Shown: positions 1-12,617 of the stretch, piece by piece
Layout: each line of letters begins with the position of its first letter
How positions within the stretch are numbered: the first letter of the stretch is position 1
Assembly (NCBI GenBank): GCA_051003195.1
Contig: JBPCLP010000035.1
Coordinates: forward strand, 52,171-116,170
DNA length: 64,000 bases
Direction of reading: 5' to 3'
Source of the DNA: Candidatus Sumerlaeaceae bacterium
Lineage (GTDB): Bacteria > Sumerlaeota > Sumerlaeia > Sumerlaeales > Sumerlaeaceae
Notes under the pieces: model-generated
Told to the model about the DNA's origin: nothing
What the model saw: only the letters and a program-made list of their open reading frames with translations
Database searches by the model: none
Position numbers and translations under genes: made by a program

Positions 1-777
1 TGGCAGGCGGGCGGCGACTTTGAAAAGAAGCTCCCCGATGGCCGTTGGATTTCCGTGTTCCATGAGCCGCCCGCTGTCCAGGCGCTGCAATTCGTGAAAG
101 ACCTGCGCTGGAAACACGACGTGTTACAACGTAACGTACTGGCTTCAAATGACGAGTTGTTCCAGCTTTTCGCGTCTGGGCGCATTGCGATGGCTATTTT
201 CACAATGGAGTATCTGCAAAACCTTGTCGATAAATACGAGATGCCGCTGCAACGCATTGGTATTGCGTTGCTGCCTGCCGGCCCCGGCGGTCGTGCGAAC
301 CAGATTGGCGGTGGCTTCGCGCTGATTAATCCGCGGCTGACCGGCTTGCGCAAACAGCGCGCATTCGATATGCTTGTGCTGGACGCGGACCTGCAGGTGA
401 TCGACCAGAAGATGAAACTTCTGCACAGCCAGGGACGCAGAGTGGGGATTCCCGCGGTGCCAATCTTTAAGCCTGAGTACCAGGCGAAGTACGACGCGGT
501 GATCGATAAATACAGGAACCTGCCAGCGCAACGCGAGCTCATGGAGGCTGCGGCAAAAGCAGCGCGCTTCGAGCCTGCGCGCGAGAGCCAGACGCTATAT
601 CGCGACTACCTCGGACCTGCTGTTCAGGATGTGCTGGTAAGTCGCAACGCTAATCCTGGAGCGCTGCTCGATTCCGCATCAAAAAGGTTCCAGGCACGCG
701 TGCTGGACGCATTAAACCGGCAAGCAGCTCAGCCCGTTCAGCTCCAGCAGCCGTTATCACTCCAGGCGAAAAAATAA
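1..777 (+). CDS. Carbohydrate ABC transporter substrate-binding protein (5'-truncated by window edge)
   Basis: Frame is open from base 1 (WQAGGDF...). Motifs FASGRIAMAI and LLPAGPGGRANQIGG are typical of family-1 extracellular solute-binding proteins. Confidence 0.75.
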   Translation, partial: WQAGGDFEKKLPDGRWISVFHEPPAVQALQFVKDLRWKHDVLQRNVLASNDELFQLFASGRIAMAIFTMEYLQNLVDKYEMPLQRIGIALLPAGPGGRANQIGGGFALINPRLTGLRKQRAFDMLVLDADLQVIDQKMKLLHSQGRRVGIPAVPIFKPEYQAKYDAVIDKYRNLPAQRELMEAAAKAARFEPARESQTLYRDYLGPAVQDVLVSRNANPGALLDSASKRFQARVLDALNRQAAQPVQLQQPLSLQAKK

Positions 778-803
778 TTGGCTCCCGCAGGGCGGGAGCC
801 AAT
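777..803. terminator. Perfect 12-bp hairpin between convergent genes (probable bidirectional terminator)
   Basis: attggctcccgc-agg-gcgggagccaat immediately after the SBP stop codon. Confidence 0.7.
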
Positions 804-826
804 CACGTACGTTCAATTCTACCACA

Positions 827-973
827 CTAGATTGCCATCGTTCCGGTGGTCTCGGCCCCGCCCGGTGCCGGGGCCGGTGTGGTTATGTAAGGCTTAAGTC
901 TTGGCCATGCAAAAAAGTAAATAAGTGCCAGGGCGGCGATGATCAGTACGGCGCCAACGACGTTTCGGTTCAT
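827..973 (-). CDS. 48-aa single-pass membrane small protein (not in ORF track)
   Basis: Manual translation MNRNVVGAVLIIAALALIYFFAWPRLKPYITTPAPAPGGAETTGTMAI*. GGAGG lies 11 nt upstream and a hairpin lies downstream. Confidence 0.65.
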   Translation of the reverse strand: MNRNVVGAVLIIAALALIYFFAWPRLKPYITTPAPAPGGAETTGTMAI

Positions 974-1216
974 ACGAGCTGAAACCTCCGTGTTTCAAGT
1001 ATTTCCCTCAAGTTAGGTTGCGAAGTAGTTTTGTAAAAACCGCATTTCAAGGTGCAATTCGTTCAGTCTGAGCACATCGCGGCCATCCAGGTGCCCGGGT
1101 TACTAAGCGTATTGACACACACTGCTGCCCGCCGATTATCCGCCCCCCGACACTAATGAATGGGGGTCGCGTGCGGTGAAGCAGGCGGCGCTTTTTGAAA
1201 GGGTTACCGGCGCAAA

Positions 1217-2089
1217 ATGAGCATACTTGTAGATCGCAATACGCGACTTGTGATTCAGGGCATTTCTGGTAACGAAGGCAAATTTCACGGCCAGCAGATG
1301 ATCGCTTACGGAACGAAAGTCATGGGTGGCGTAGTGCCTGGCCGTGGTGGCGAAACCGTGCTCGATGTGCCCGTCTTTAACACCATGGTCGATGCTGTAA
1401 AAGCGACGGATGCCAATGCCAGTATCATCTACGTACCCGCGAAGTTCGCCGCCGACGCCGCACTCGAATCCATAGATTCCGGAGTAAAGCTTGTCGTTAT
1501 TATCACCGAAGGTATTCCCACGCTGCAGATGGTAAAGGTGTATCACCATGCACGCCAGGTTGGTGTGCGCGTGGTCGGCCCAAATTGTCCCGGGCTTATC
1601 TCTCCCGGCAAAGCCAAGGTCGGCATCATGCCCGGACACATCCACAAAGAAGGCCGGATCGGCCTGATTTCGCGGTCGGGCACGCTCACCTACGAAATTG
1701 TGAAGGAGCTTACCGTCTACGGGCTTGGCCAATCGACCTGTATCGGCATTGGTGGCGACCCGATCATAGGCACGAGTTTCACCGATGCACTTGCCCTGTT
1801 CGAGGATGATCCTGAAACGGATGCAGTGGTGATGATTGGCGAGATTGGCGGCACAGACGAGGAAACGGCTGCCGAATTCGTCAAGAGCAGCATGAAGAAG
1901 CCGGTGGTGGGATTCATCGCCGGATTAACCGCGCCGCCGGGAAAGCGGATGGGCCATGCAGGCGCCATCATCTCCGGGGGCAAAGGAACCGCGAAGGAAA
2001 AAATCGCTGCTCTGAACGCTGCGAATATTCCAGTAGCGGAGCGGCCCGACCAGGTTCCCGGCCTGGTCAGGGAGAAGCTGAAGAAGTAG
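1217..2089 (+). CDS. sucD: Succinyl-CoA synthetase alpha subunit
   Basis: MSILVD start, [15 protein letters not shown] and RMGHAGA phosphohistidine motifs. Confidence 0.97.
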   Translation: MSILVDRNTRLVIQGISGNEGKFHGQQMIAYGTKVMGGVVPGRGGETVLDVPVFNTMVDAVKATDANASIIYVPAKFAADAALESIDSGVKLVVIITEGIPTLQMVKVYHHARQVGVRVVGPNCPGLISPGKAKVGIMPGHIHKEGRIGLISRSGTLTYEIVKELTVYGLGQSTCIGIGGDPIIGTSFTDALALFEDDPETDAVVMIGEIGGTDEETAAEFVKSSMKKPVVGFIAGLTAPPGKRMGHAGAIISGGKGTAKEKIAALNAANIPVAERPDQVPGLVREKLKK

Positions 2090-2092
2090 CGA

Positions 2093-3076
2093 TCAGCCGA
2101 ATACGGCATCCTCACCCGGCTGCGGAACCCACAGTCGGCTGTAAGAATAGCCGGCTCTTTCCCACGCAATCCCCAGGCGTTTGGCAGGTTCATCTGCTGG
2201 TTCGTCGGTCAGTGGGAATGTATTATGGTGCACAGCCATGAAGGTCTGCGCGTGCAAATCGCGGTAGGCCTGCACCGCTTCCTCCGGGCTTTGATGCGCG
2301 ACCTTCATGAACCAGCGGGGCTCGTAAGCGCCAATGGGAAGCGCGGCGACCTCCACCGCCCCAAACCGCTCGCCAATTTCACGATAGCCGGGAAAGTAGC
2401 CGCTGTCACCGGAAAAATAAAACGATCGCGCGGCGCACTCCAGCCGGTACCCACACCACAAAGAACGGTTTAAGTCGCCAATGCCGCGTTTGCTCCAGTG
2501 CTGTGCGGGTGTCGCGGTCACTCGAATCCCGGCAATATCCGTGGTTTCCCACCAGTCGAGCTGCTCGATGCACTTTGCGCCTTTCGCAGCAAACCACCTA
2601 CCGAGTCGCAGCGGCACAATAAAACGCTGGGCGCCGGCGGTGGCGCTGAGTATCTTCCGGATCGTCGTCAAGTCAAGATGGTCGTAGTGGTTGTGGCTGA
2701 TCAGTACAGCATCCACTGGTAGCACCTGCTCCAGCGGCAGTCCCGGCGGATGATATCGCCTGGGGCCCAGCCACGTCACCGGCGAACACCTGTCGCCAAA
2801 CACCGGATCAATCAAAACACGTCTCCCACTGCCGAATTCTACGAGCACCGCGCTGTGTCCGATCCAGAACACACGCATGCTATCAGGCGAAATGGAACGT
2901 CGCGGGTAGTGGCGTGCTTGAAGCGATGATGGCCGCACACCCTGCCGACTGCGCGTAAGCATCCAGCGCAGCACATCCAATGGGGGGCGGGGGCCTGCCG
3001 CTGGGTCAAGATTGCGGAAACCATTTGCCGTATGGTGAGGAGGGAGCATCCAAGAACAGAATTTGCTTGGCTGCAT
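2093..3076 (-). CDS. MBL-fold metallo-hydrolase (NAPE-PLD/RomA-like)
   Basis: WIGHS, ISHNHYDHLD, PAQHWSKR, LPIGAYEPRWFM. Confidence 0.88.
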   Translation of the reverse strand: MQPSKFCSWMLPPHHTANGFRNLDPAAGPRPPLDVLRWMLTRSRQGVRPSSLQARHYPRRSISPDSMRVFWIGHSAVLVEFGSGRRVLIDPVFGDRCSPVTWLGPRRYHPPGLPLEQVLPVDAVLISHNHYDHLDLTTIRKILSATAGAQRFIVPLRLGRWFAAKGAKCIEQLDWWETTDIAGIRVTATPAQHWSKRGIGDLNRSLWCGYRLECAARSFYFSGDSGYFPGYREIGERFGAVEVAALPIGAYEPRWFMKVAHQSPEEAVQAYRDLHAQTFMAVHHNTFPLTDEPADEPAKRLGIAWERAGYSYSRLWVPQPGEDAVFG

Positions 3077-3131
3077 CTGCCATGCAAACCCGTAATCACC
3101 ATCAATTCAGACTGCACACGGGACGAACTCT

Positions 3132-5036
3132 ATGACGACTGAACCCATGTATCTCCGCCGGCTGCTGGCGTTTCCACTGTTGTCAGTGCTCGCGCTCACA
3201 GTACTTGTCGGCTGTGCGCCGAAAGTCGATGAAGACGCGTCACGCACGAATACGAAGGCTGGCGCGGGAGCGGCGGACGAATCCACTACTGGAACCGGCG
3301 CCGCTACCACAGATACCACCCTGACTATCGAGCACCGCGCCGGTCCGGCTCCGTTCAAGTTGCCCTTCCCGGACGCTCTCGCGGCCGAAGACATCAAGCC
3401 GGGCAAGCGCGGCGGAAACTTTACATTCGGCTACTTTGGTGAAGGACCCAAGACGTTTAATCCCATTACCGGGAATGACAGTGCTTCGGGCGACCTCGGC
3501 CTGATGATGTTCTCCTCTCTGATTAATCTGGATTACCAGACCCAGAAGTTCTCCCCGGGATTACTTAAGGAATGGTATATGGAAGATAACAAGGCGCACT
3601 GGATCTTGAAGTTGCGCGAGGGGATCAAATGGTCGGACGGCCATCCGATCACCGCCGACGACATCCTGTTTACCATCCAGGTAATTTACGATCCCAAGAT
3701 CCTGAATGCACTGCGCGATATCCTGCAGATGGACGGCAAACCAGTGGAATTTGAAAAAGTAGACGCACTCACGGTTCGTGCGAAACTTCCTCGTCCCAGC
3801 GCGTCTTTCCAGGCGATGCTCCCCTTCCAGATTGTTCCCAAACATGCCTATGAAGAGGCTTATAAGGCCGGGACATTCGCGACCATGATGAACACGGACA
3901 GCGACCCGGCGAAGTTTGTGTGCAGTGGCCCGTTTAAGCTGAAGCAGTATTTCCCGGGTGAGCGCGTGGTGATGGAGCGCAACCCGCACTACTTCCGCTA
4001 CGACAGCAATGGCACGCAGCTACCCTATCTGGATACCATGATTATTAGTTATGCGCCTAACATGGATCAGATGCTCTTACGCTTCAAGGGTGGGGAAGTG
4101 GACGGGATCACACGTCCGTCGCAGCCGAGCCTGCCGGATCTGCAGGACAACGCAGCCAAGGGCAACTATACGGTTCATGATGCCGGCCCCGGCACCGCAA
4201 GCGACCTGCTGTGGTTTAACCTGAAAGAAGGTACCAATCCCAAAAGCGGGAACCCGTATGTTGCTCCATGGAAGAGCGTCATTTTTCGGGATGTGCGTTT
4301 CCGCCGAGCCATGCTGCATTCCATAGACCGCGAAAGCATTATTCGCACTGAATTGCGTGGTCAGGCGGAGCTTGGGAAAACATGCGACTCCTCTGCCAAT
4401 AAGCTCTGGTTCAAGCGCGATGTGCCTGTTTACGACTATAATCCGGGCAAGGCGAAGGCATTGCTCGAGGAAATGAATCTCAAGGATCGGGACGGCGACG
4501 GTATCCGTGAAGACGCCCAAGGCAACAAAGTCTCCTTCACAATCATTACCAACAAGGGAAACCAGCGCCGCGAACGCTTTGCGCCTCTACTCACGCAGGA
4601 TATGCGCCAGGTCGGAATTGAGGCCCGCACCGATTTTATGGACTTCAACGCGCTGCTTTCGCTGACGGATGAAAGCTACGAGTACGAAGGCTGCATTCTC
4701 GGCCTTGCGGGCGGGTCAACACATCCCGCTAATAAAATGAACACATTTCTAAGCACCGCACGGACGAACCTTTATAATCCCCGCCAGGAAAAACCGGCGA
4801 CCGACTGGGGTGCTGAGGTCGACAAGCTGTGTGCCGAGTTCAATTCGACGCTGGATCCCGGATTCCAGTTAAAGGCGTATCACCGGATTCAGGAGATCCA
4901 CGCACAACAACTGCCCACTCTGCCCCTGTGGTACCCCAAGGTGTTCGTCGCCTGTTCCAATAAATACGAGAACATCAAACCGGCCGCCACCACGCCGGAA
5001 CTGATCTGGAACGCCGAAGAGTTCTTTGTTAAATAG
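3132..5036 (+). CDS. Peptide/nickel ABC transporter substrate-binding lipoprotein (family 5)
   Basis: Lipobox LVGC; LREGIKWSDGHPITADDILFT; SGPFKL; DRDGDG Ca-binding-like loop. Confidence 0.9.
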   Translation: MTTEPMYLRRLLAFPLLSVLALTVLVGCAPKVDEDASRTNTKAGAGAADESTTGTGAATTDTTLTIEHRAGPAPFKLPFPDALAAEDIKPGKRGGNFTFGYFGEGPKTFNPITGNDSASGDLGLMMFSSLINLDYQTQKFSPGLLKEWYMEDNKAHWILKLREGIKWSDGHPITADDILFTIQVIYDPKILNALRDILQMDGKPVEFEKVDALTVRAKLPRPSASFQAMLPFQIVPKHAYEEAYKAGTFATMMNTDSDPAKFVCSGPFKLKQYFPGERVVMERNPHYFRYDSNGTQLPYLDTMIISYAPNMDQMLLRFKGGEVDGITRPSQPSLPDLQDNAAKGNYTVHDAGPGTASDLLWFNLKEGTNPKSGNPYVAPWKSVIFRDVRFRRAMLHSIDRESIIRTELRGQAELGKTCDSSANKLWFKRDVPVYDYNPGKAKALLEEMNLKDRDGDGIREDAQGNKVSFTIITNKGNQRRERFAPLLTQDMRQVGIEARTDFMDFNALLSLTDESYEYEGCILGLAGGSTHPANKMNTFLSTARTNLYNPRQEKPATDWGAEVDKLCAEFNSTLDPGFQLKAYHRIQEIHAQQLPTLPLWYPKVFVACSNKYENIKPAATTPELIWNAEEFFVK

Positions 5037-5051
5037 GGGACGCCGGCAGTA

Positions 5052-6026
5052 ATGCTCAAACTGCTATTCAGGAGAGTGCTGCAGTCCATCCCGCTGCTGC
5101 TGGCGATTTCGGCGGTGACGTTTTTTCTGCTGTTTCATTCGCCGGGCAACTACCTGTCGGCACTGAAACAGAACCCGAAGTACTCCGATGCCACCATCGC
5201 ACTGATGACGAAACAGATGGGGCTGGATAAACCGTGGTACTCGGTCTGGGGCCACTGGGTCTGGCGCGTGGTGACAAAAGCCGATCTCGGCATGACGCTC
5301 GCCGAGCAGCGTCCTGTCATATCCGTTCTCAAGGAGCGGCTGTTCGGCACCTTTATCCTGGCGTTCGCGGCGACGGTGTTCGCGTGGGTCATCGGCATGC
5401 CGCTGGGCATGGTGGCGGCAGTGCGCCATGATCGCTGGCCGGACCGGATCGCATCGGGGATCGCCTTCTTCGGCCTGAGTATTCCCTCCGTCCTGCTGGC
5501 CATGTTGTGTGTGTATTTCGCCTCGGTGAGCGGATGGTTTCCGACCGGGCAGATGACTGGCGAAGATGCGCACCCGGAACTGCGCTCACGCTGGCATAAC
5601 TTTGTTACCATTTCGCATCACCTGGTTCTTCCGGCGTTTACTCTCGGCATGGGAATGCTGGCCGTCTACACGCGCCAGATGCGCTCCAACCTGCTCGAAA
5701 CTCTGCAGGCGGATTATCTGCGTACCGCCCTGGCCAAAGGACTCACAACCCGAGCGGCGGTCTTCAAGCATGCGTTGCGCAATGCGCTGAATCCCCTTAT
5801 TACATTGTTCGGGTTTTCGATCAGCGAACTTCTGAGCGGCGCCATTCTCGTCGAGTCGGTATTCGCGTGGCCCGGTCTCGGGCGCGTCACCATTGAAGCG
5901 TATCACATGAAGGACATGTTCCTCGTCGCGAGCGCGGTCATCATGGGTGCGGTAATGCTGATCATTGGGAATTTCATCGCAGACATCCTTTTGGCTGCCA
6001 ACGATCCAAGGATCCGATATGAGTGA
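5052..6026 (+). CDS. Peptide ABC permease, OppB/DppB type
   Basis: DYLRTALAKGL, HALRNAL, ESVFAWPGLG, C-terminal DPRIRY. Confidence 0.92.
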   Translation: MLKLLFRRVLQSIPLLLAISAVTFFLLFHSPGNYLSALKQNPKYSDATIALMTKQMGLDKPWYSVWGHWVWRVVTKADLGMTLAEQRPVISVLKERLFGTFILAFAATVFAWVIGMPLGMVAAVRHDRWPDRIASGIAFFGLSIPSVLLAMLCVYFASVSGWFPTGQMTGEDAHPELRSRWHNFVTISHHLVLPAFTLGMGMLAVYTRQMRSNLLETLQADYLRTALAKGLTTRAAVFKHALRNALNPLITLFGFSISELLSGAILVESVFAWPGLGRVTIEAYHMKDMFLVASAVIMGAVMLIIGNFIADILLAANDPRIRYE

Positions 6027-7233
6027 ACCCGGCTCCGCGGGGCAGGACATCCCGGGAAGCGGCGTTGTAGCGGCGACGCCAACCGGCGCCCCCGCAACAG
6101 TACCGCACAGCACACAAATGCCCGCATCTGCTCCGCTGCCGTCGCCAGCGCGGCTGGCCTGGCGCAGGCTGCGAAAAAACCGAACCGCAGTATTCGGCGG
6201 ACTCATCCTGATCGTCCTTTATACCGTTACTATTTTCGGCAGTTTCGTCGGTCCACGCGACCCCGCGTTACGTAACAAGCTGACACCCGACCACCCGCCG
6301 ACCTGGCCCCGTTTCTTCGATGAAAAGGGAAAATTCCACCCTCGGCCATTCGTCTATGGCATGACCCTGGTGGACGAGATGCGTCACCTCTATAAGTTCG
6401 ACCTCTCGAAAAAGTATCCCATTCGTTTACTCGTTAAAGGTGAGCCCTACAAGCTATGGTGGCTTTTTCCGTCCGACTTGCACCTGTTCGGTGTGGACCA
6501 GGGCGGATTCATCGCACCGCTCGGCACTAATTCTTCCGGGCAGGATACTTTTTCGCGCCTGCTGGCCGGCGCCAAGATTTCCTTATCCATCGGTCTCGTC
6601 GCTATTGCGATCACAACGACCCTGGCCATGCTTTTCGGTTCGATGGCGGGCTACTTTGGCGGCATTGCAGACGCCGTCATTATGCGTATCGTAGAATTCC
6701 TGATGTCGATTCCTGCGCTTTACTTGATCATTGCATTGCGAGCTTATTTTCAGACCCAGGGATTGTTTGGTCTTGGCGGCGAAACACCCACATCAGGCGA
6801 AATGTACCTGATTATCATCATTATCCTTAGCCTGATTGGGTGGGCTCAACCAGCGCGCGTGATCCGTGGGATGGTCCTGTCATTGAAAGAGCAGGAATAC
6901 ATTCTGTCAGAAAGGGCGCTTGGTGCGTCGACGTTTCGTATCCTGACGCGACACGTGTTGCCAAACACGTTGAGTTATGTGATCATTGCCGCCACCATTC
7001 TCGTTCCCTATTACATTCTTGGGGAAATCGCGCTGAGTTACCTGGGTGTCGGGATTCAGCACCCGCAGGTGAGCTGGGGCATCCTGCTGGAAGAGGCGCA
7101 AAGCCCCACTACGATGCGTGAATTCCCGTGGCTGTTGCTGGCTCCCGCAGGCGCAATTTTCCTCACAGTGATGGCTTTTAATTTCCTGGGCGACGGGCTT
7201 CGTGACGCGCTCGATCCTAAACACGTCAAATAA
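6019..7233 (+). CDS. Peptide ABC permease, OppC/DppC type
   Basis: LGT..GQDTFSRLL, GWAQPARVIRG, FNFLGDGLRDALDP. Start set at ATG 6019, overlapping the upstream stop. Confidence 0.92.
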   Translation: MSEPGSAGQDIPGSGVVAATPTGAPATVPHSTQMPASAPLPSPARLAWRRLRKNRTAVFGGLILIVLYTVTIFGSFVGPRDPALRNKLTPDHPPTWPRFFDEKGKFHPRPFVYGMTLVDEMRHLYKFDLSKKYPIRLLVKGEPYKLWWLFPSDLHLFGVDQGGFIAPLGTNSSGQDTFSRLLAGAKISLSIGLVAIAITTTLAMLFGSMAGYFGGIADAVIMRIVEFLMSIPALYLIIALRAYFQTQGLFGLGGETPTSGEMYLIIIIILSLIGWAQPARVIRGMVLSLKEQEYILSERALGASTFRILTRHVLPNTLSYVIIAATILVPYYILGEIALSYLGVGIQHPQVSWGILLEEAQSPTTMREFPWLLLAPAGAIFLTVMAFNFLGDGLRDALDPKHVK

Positions 7234-7236
7234 GCC

Positions 7237-7518
7237 ATGGTCATTGCCCTTTTCCGCGTCCGCCTGCACATTCCGTTCTCCCACTCGCTCAAAGAGAAAC
7301 GCAGCGTGTTGAAGCGTACCATCCACCACCTGCGCACCTCCTACAACTGCGCCGTTTCCGAGATCGACGACCAGGACTTGTGGCAAAGCGCGGTTCTGGC
7401 CATCGTGACAGTCTATGCCAACCGTGCCCAGGTGGATTCCCTTTTCCGCGCCGTTGAACGGGACCTGAGCACCTCTGGAGATTTTGAGCTTGTCGGCCAG
7501 CAGATTGAAATTTTGTGA
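7237..7518 (+). CDS. DUF503 (YlxP-like) protein
   Basis: SLKEKRSVLK and AVSEIDDQDLWQ signature; about 93 aa. Confidence 0.88.
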   Translation: MVIALFRVRLHIPFSHSLKEKRSVLKRTIHHLRTSYNCAVSEIDDQDLWQSAVLAIVTVYANRAQVDSLFRAVERDLSTSGDFELVGQQIEIL

Positions 7519-7576
7519 TGCTAACCAGCGTCTTTAACAAACTTGTCTCTTGCTACCTGCATGGCATCGAGGTTAA

Positions 7577-9268
7577 ATGACCAATATTAACATGTCCAAT
7601 TCGCCTGATGGCGCTCCGGAAGTTCCGGCTGGGCCGGGGCCCTCTGAGCCGGAATACGTAGACAGCGAGCCGCGCGACCGCGCATGGCGCGAGTGGCTGC
7701 TGCTGGGCGTTGGTTGCTTCCTTATGGCCGCCGCATTGCGCTTTGTGCGAATCGGCTACAGCGAGTTTTTTGGGGCAGAATTCCGTTCGCTGGACCTGCT
7801 TTCGGGCCAGCGCCAGCCGAGCCTGCTTGCGGCGCTGCTGCACGGCGAATTGTCAATTTACTATCCGCTGTTGTCGCTTTGGACCAGGTTTAGCGGTTTA
7901 ACAAGCGAGGCGCTTCTGCGCCTCCCTTCCGCCATGCTTGGGCTGCTCGCGTGGCTGGCATTTTTTGCGTTCTCCCGCAGCTATTTGCGCGGCACGGCTT
8001 TCCTTATCTGCATCCTCGTATTTGCTCTCAATCCAATCCTTGTGGAATCATCCAACGATGTCGCCCCTTACGCGCTGCTTGCCCTGTGCACCGTGCTGGC
8101 AAATTACATGGCGGTGCGCGCTCTCGACAAAGGTGGACGGGCAAACTGGATCGGCTATGCCGCGGCATCCACCGCAGGCGTATTGACTCACCCGCTGTTC
8201 TGGTTCGTGCTTCCTGCCCATTTCCTGTTCGCAGTTCTGCGCCGCCGCCGTACGCCCGAACCATTCCGGGGAATCAGCACCGCCGGCATTGCTATTATCC
8301 CGCTGGTGGCCGCGGGGCTGGCAATCTATGCCAATCGTAGCTTTCCTGAACTCGCAGGCGCGCGTACCCAGGCGCCGTCCGTTTCCGACCTGCTACGTAA
8401 TCTCGTCTCCGTCGCGATCGGCAACTTCCAGCGGTTTGGGGCCAACGAATTTGCCCGTGGAATCATGTACGTCTACATTCTGGCCTGCCTGGGGCTCAGC
8501 TACGTATATTACCGGAAGCGTTCGGCCGAAGCCATGGCCATGCCCGAGAACGTCGTCTGGATTGATGAAACGCAGGACGTGGTTGGCCGCTGGCAGCGGC
8601 TTAGTCTCCGCGCTTTCCTGCTCTTCCAGTGGTTTACATTTCTCGTGCCGGCGCTCGGCATTATGCTCATGGGTTCCGTCTTGCCCGGGCTCAGGCTCAC
8701 GCCCGAGATGTTCATCATCGTATTGCCGCCACTTATCGTTCTCATAGCCATGGGCATCGACGCCGCCCCTCGAAATCTTATCGTGTCGCTGGGACTGCTG
8801 CTGGTATTAGGCATGGCTAACTACGATGTCCGCACCTTGTCAGATCGCGGTTATGGAATTAAACAGGCTTTTGAGTTGATCCGCAAAGAGGTAAAATTCG
8901 ACCCGGCGAAAGACGCGATTCTCTACACTGCACCCAAGCAGATCCGACGCTCGGTGGAACAGTATCGCAATGAGCTCCCTGCCACCGCTATTGAAGCGGC
9001 CGATAAAACGGAAGAATTCGTCGAGCGTCAGCAGCGCCTGGAGAAGCTGATGCAAAATCGAGATCGGGCAATCGTGATTTATCACGATGACAGCCGGACG
9101 ATCGGCAAGAGCGAGGGCCGCTCTCCCGTACGCGAATGGATGAAGCCGAACAATGGTTTTGAGCTCGCCGACCGCAAGTGGACTGACAAAGATCTCAGCC
9201 CTGTCGAGAAAACAGAATTGCGCGTATATACGCGCCGGGCCGCCGGGCTACCCGCCACACCCGAATAG
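7577..9268 (+). CDS. Multi-pass membrane GT-C/PMT-ArnT-like glycosyltransferase
   Basis: About 11 hydrophobic helices; SEALLRLPSA motif; soluble C-terminal domain. Confidence 0.65.
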   Translation: MTNINMSNSPDGAPEVPAGPGPSEPEYVDSEPRDRAWREWLLLGVGCFLMAAALRFVRIGYSEFFGAEFRSLDLLSGQRQPSLLAALLHGELSIYYPLLSLWTRFSGLTSEALLRLPSAMLGLLAWLAFFAFSRSYLRGTAFLICILVFALNPILVESSNDVAPYALLALCTVLANYMAVRALDKGGRANWIGYAAASTAGVLTHPLFWFVLPAHFLFAVLRRRRTPEPFRGISTAGIAIIPLVAAGLAIYANRSFPELAGARTQAPSVSDLLRNLVSVAIGNFQRFGANEFARGIMYVYILACLGLSYVYYRKRSAEAMAMPENVVWIDETQDVVGRWQRLSLRAFLLFQWFTFLVPALGIMLMGSVLPGLRLTPEMFIIVLPPLIVLIAMGIDAAPRNLIVSLGLLLVLGMANYDVRTLSDRGYGIKQAFELIRKEVKFDPAKDAILYTAPKQIRRSVEQYRNELPATAIEAADKTEEFVERQQRLEKLMQNRDRAIVIYHDDSRTIGKSEGRSPVREWMKPNNGFELADRKWTDKDLSPVEKTELRVYTRRAAGLPATPE

Positions 9269-9326
9269 CGCGCAAGCAGTAATACTGCTCCTCGCGTCCG
9301 GGGTACTTCCATGTTGGGCTTTGGAG

Positions 9327-9422
9327 CTGGTGCGGTGTCCCATTAATTCGTTCACGGGTTTTGTGTGCCGTCCAAGCTCGAAAGCTTCCTGAAGTATAGC
9401 TATGAACTTCTGGGACGGCACA
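9327..9422 (-). mobile_element. 96-bp MITE-like element (solo copy; inverted relative to the copies at 63852+)
   Basis: Reverse complement matches 63853-63948 with 4 mismatches in 96. Imperfect terminal inverted repeats. Confidence 0.75.
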
Positions 9423-11564
<2,142 letters not shown>

Positions 11565-11614
11565 TTACTATTACTTATTGTTGAACACAGGTTCGAAAGA
11601 CTCGGACTGAAGAT

Positions 11615-12457
11615 ATGGCATCACGCCGCAACCAGATACTTATCGCTTCCGCCATCTGGGTTGGAGTCTGCACCCTGGGCTGGCATGCGTATGCGAACGT
11701 GCTTCCAAAATATGGTTTGATCCGACGTACCGTCACTCGGCCTGGCGCGCAGGACTGGCAGAATCTCCAGAAAGAACAGGAAGCTTTTTATAAGGAGAGC
11801 GTCCCGTGGTGGACACGTATCAGTATCAGCAGAAGCGAGCCCGGTCGCGGCATGAGCATTGGCGGTCTGCCGCGTGAGCAGAATGGCGCATATTATTACT
11901 TTGCGACCAATCAGAAACTCAGCGACACATACGCGTCCCTCACCGGCACCGAACGCTGGCAGATCTCCGAGTTGCCGAAGCTCGACGAGCGTTGGGATAT
12001 TCGCATCAAAGCACCGCTTAATGAGAAGAAGAGCATTCCCGCCGCCTTTCTGAAAAAAATGGGCTGGAGTGTGCGTTCCATGGCCTCAACACTCGACGGC
12101 TATCGCTTCACTGCAGGTACTCCACCTGCCAATCCTTCTCCACCGGATGTCACCGGCCCGCGACGTGCAGCCAACATTCCTTCCATGAGGCTAGGAAACG
12201 CCCGCGGAATGATAGCCGGTCGCATTAATGCGCCAGTAGAAATCGATAAAAGTGTGCGCGACCAAAAACCTCCGGGAAATGCGAACCTGCAGCTGAACTG
12301 GGGGCTTCCACCGGAGAAATTTGTAAACCAGGTTGCCTCAATCTATGGAGTGGCTGTCCAGAAGACCAGCGTCGATACCACGAGTGTCCTGGTGTATCAG
12401 CCGAAAAAGGCCTCCCAGGAAGAGATGCAGCGTTGGGTTAAAGACGGCAAAATCTAG
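11615..12457 (+). CDS. Hypothetical membrane-anchored/secreted protein
   Basis: N-terminal hydrophobic segment; long ORF divergent from ligA. ERWDIRIKAP weakly recalls TIGR03435-type proteins. Confidence 0.6.
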   Translation: MASRRNQILIASAIWVGVCTLGWHAYANVLPKYGLIRRTVTRPGAQDWQNLQKEQEAFYKESVPWWTRISISRSEPGRGMSIGGLPREQNGAYYYFATNQKLSDTYASLTGTERWQISELPKLDERWDIRIKAPLNEKKSIPAAFLKKMGWSVRSMASTLDGYRFTAGTPPANPSPPDVTGPRRAANIPSMRLGNARGMIAGRINAPVEIDKSVRDQKPPGNANLQLNWGLPPEKFVNQVASIYGVAVQKTSVDTTSVLVYQPKKASQEEMQRWVKDGKI

Positions 12458-12617
12458 CATTCCCGAATCGCTGTCGCTGGTCGTAATTTCATCTGGTTTC
12501 CGCCCCGGGGCCTCCCGCGTGCTTTCCAGCAAATATCCATCCACAAAACAGACCGTTTCAAGATACCGATTTTGAACCATTACGGTAATTGTGCTCACCA
12601 ATTTCCGGAGAAAGATT

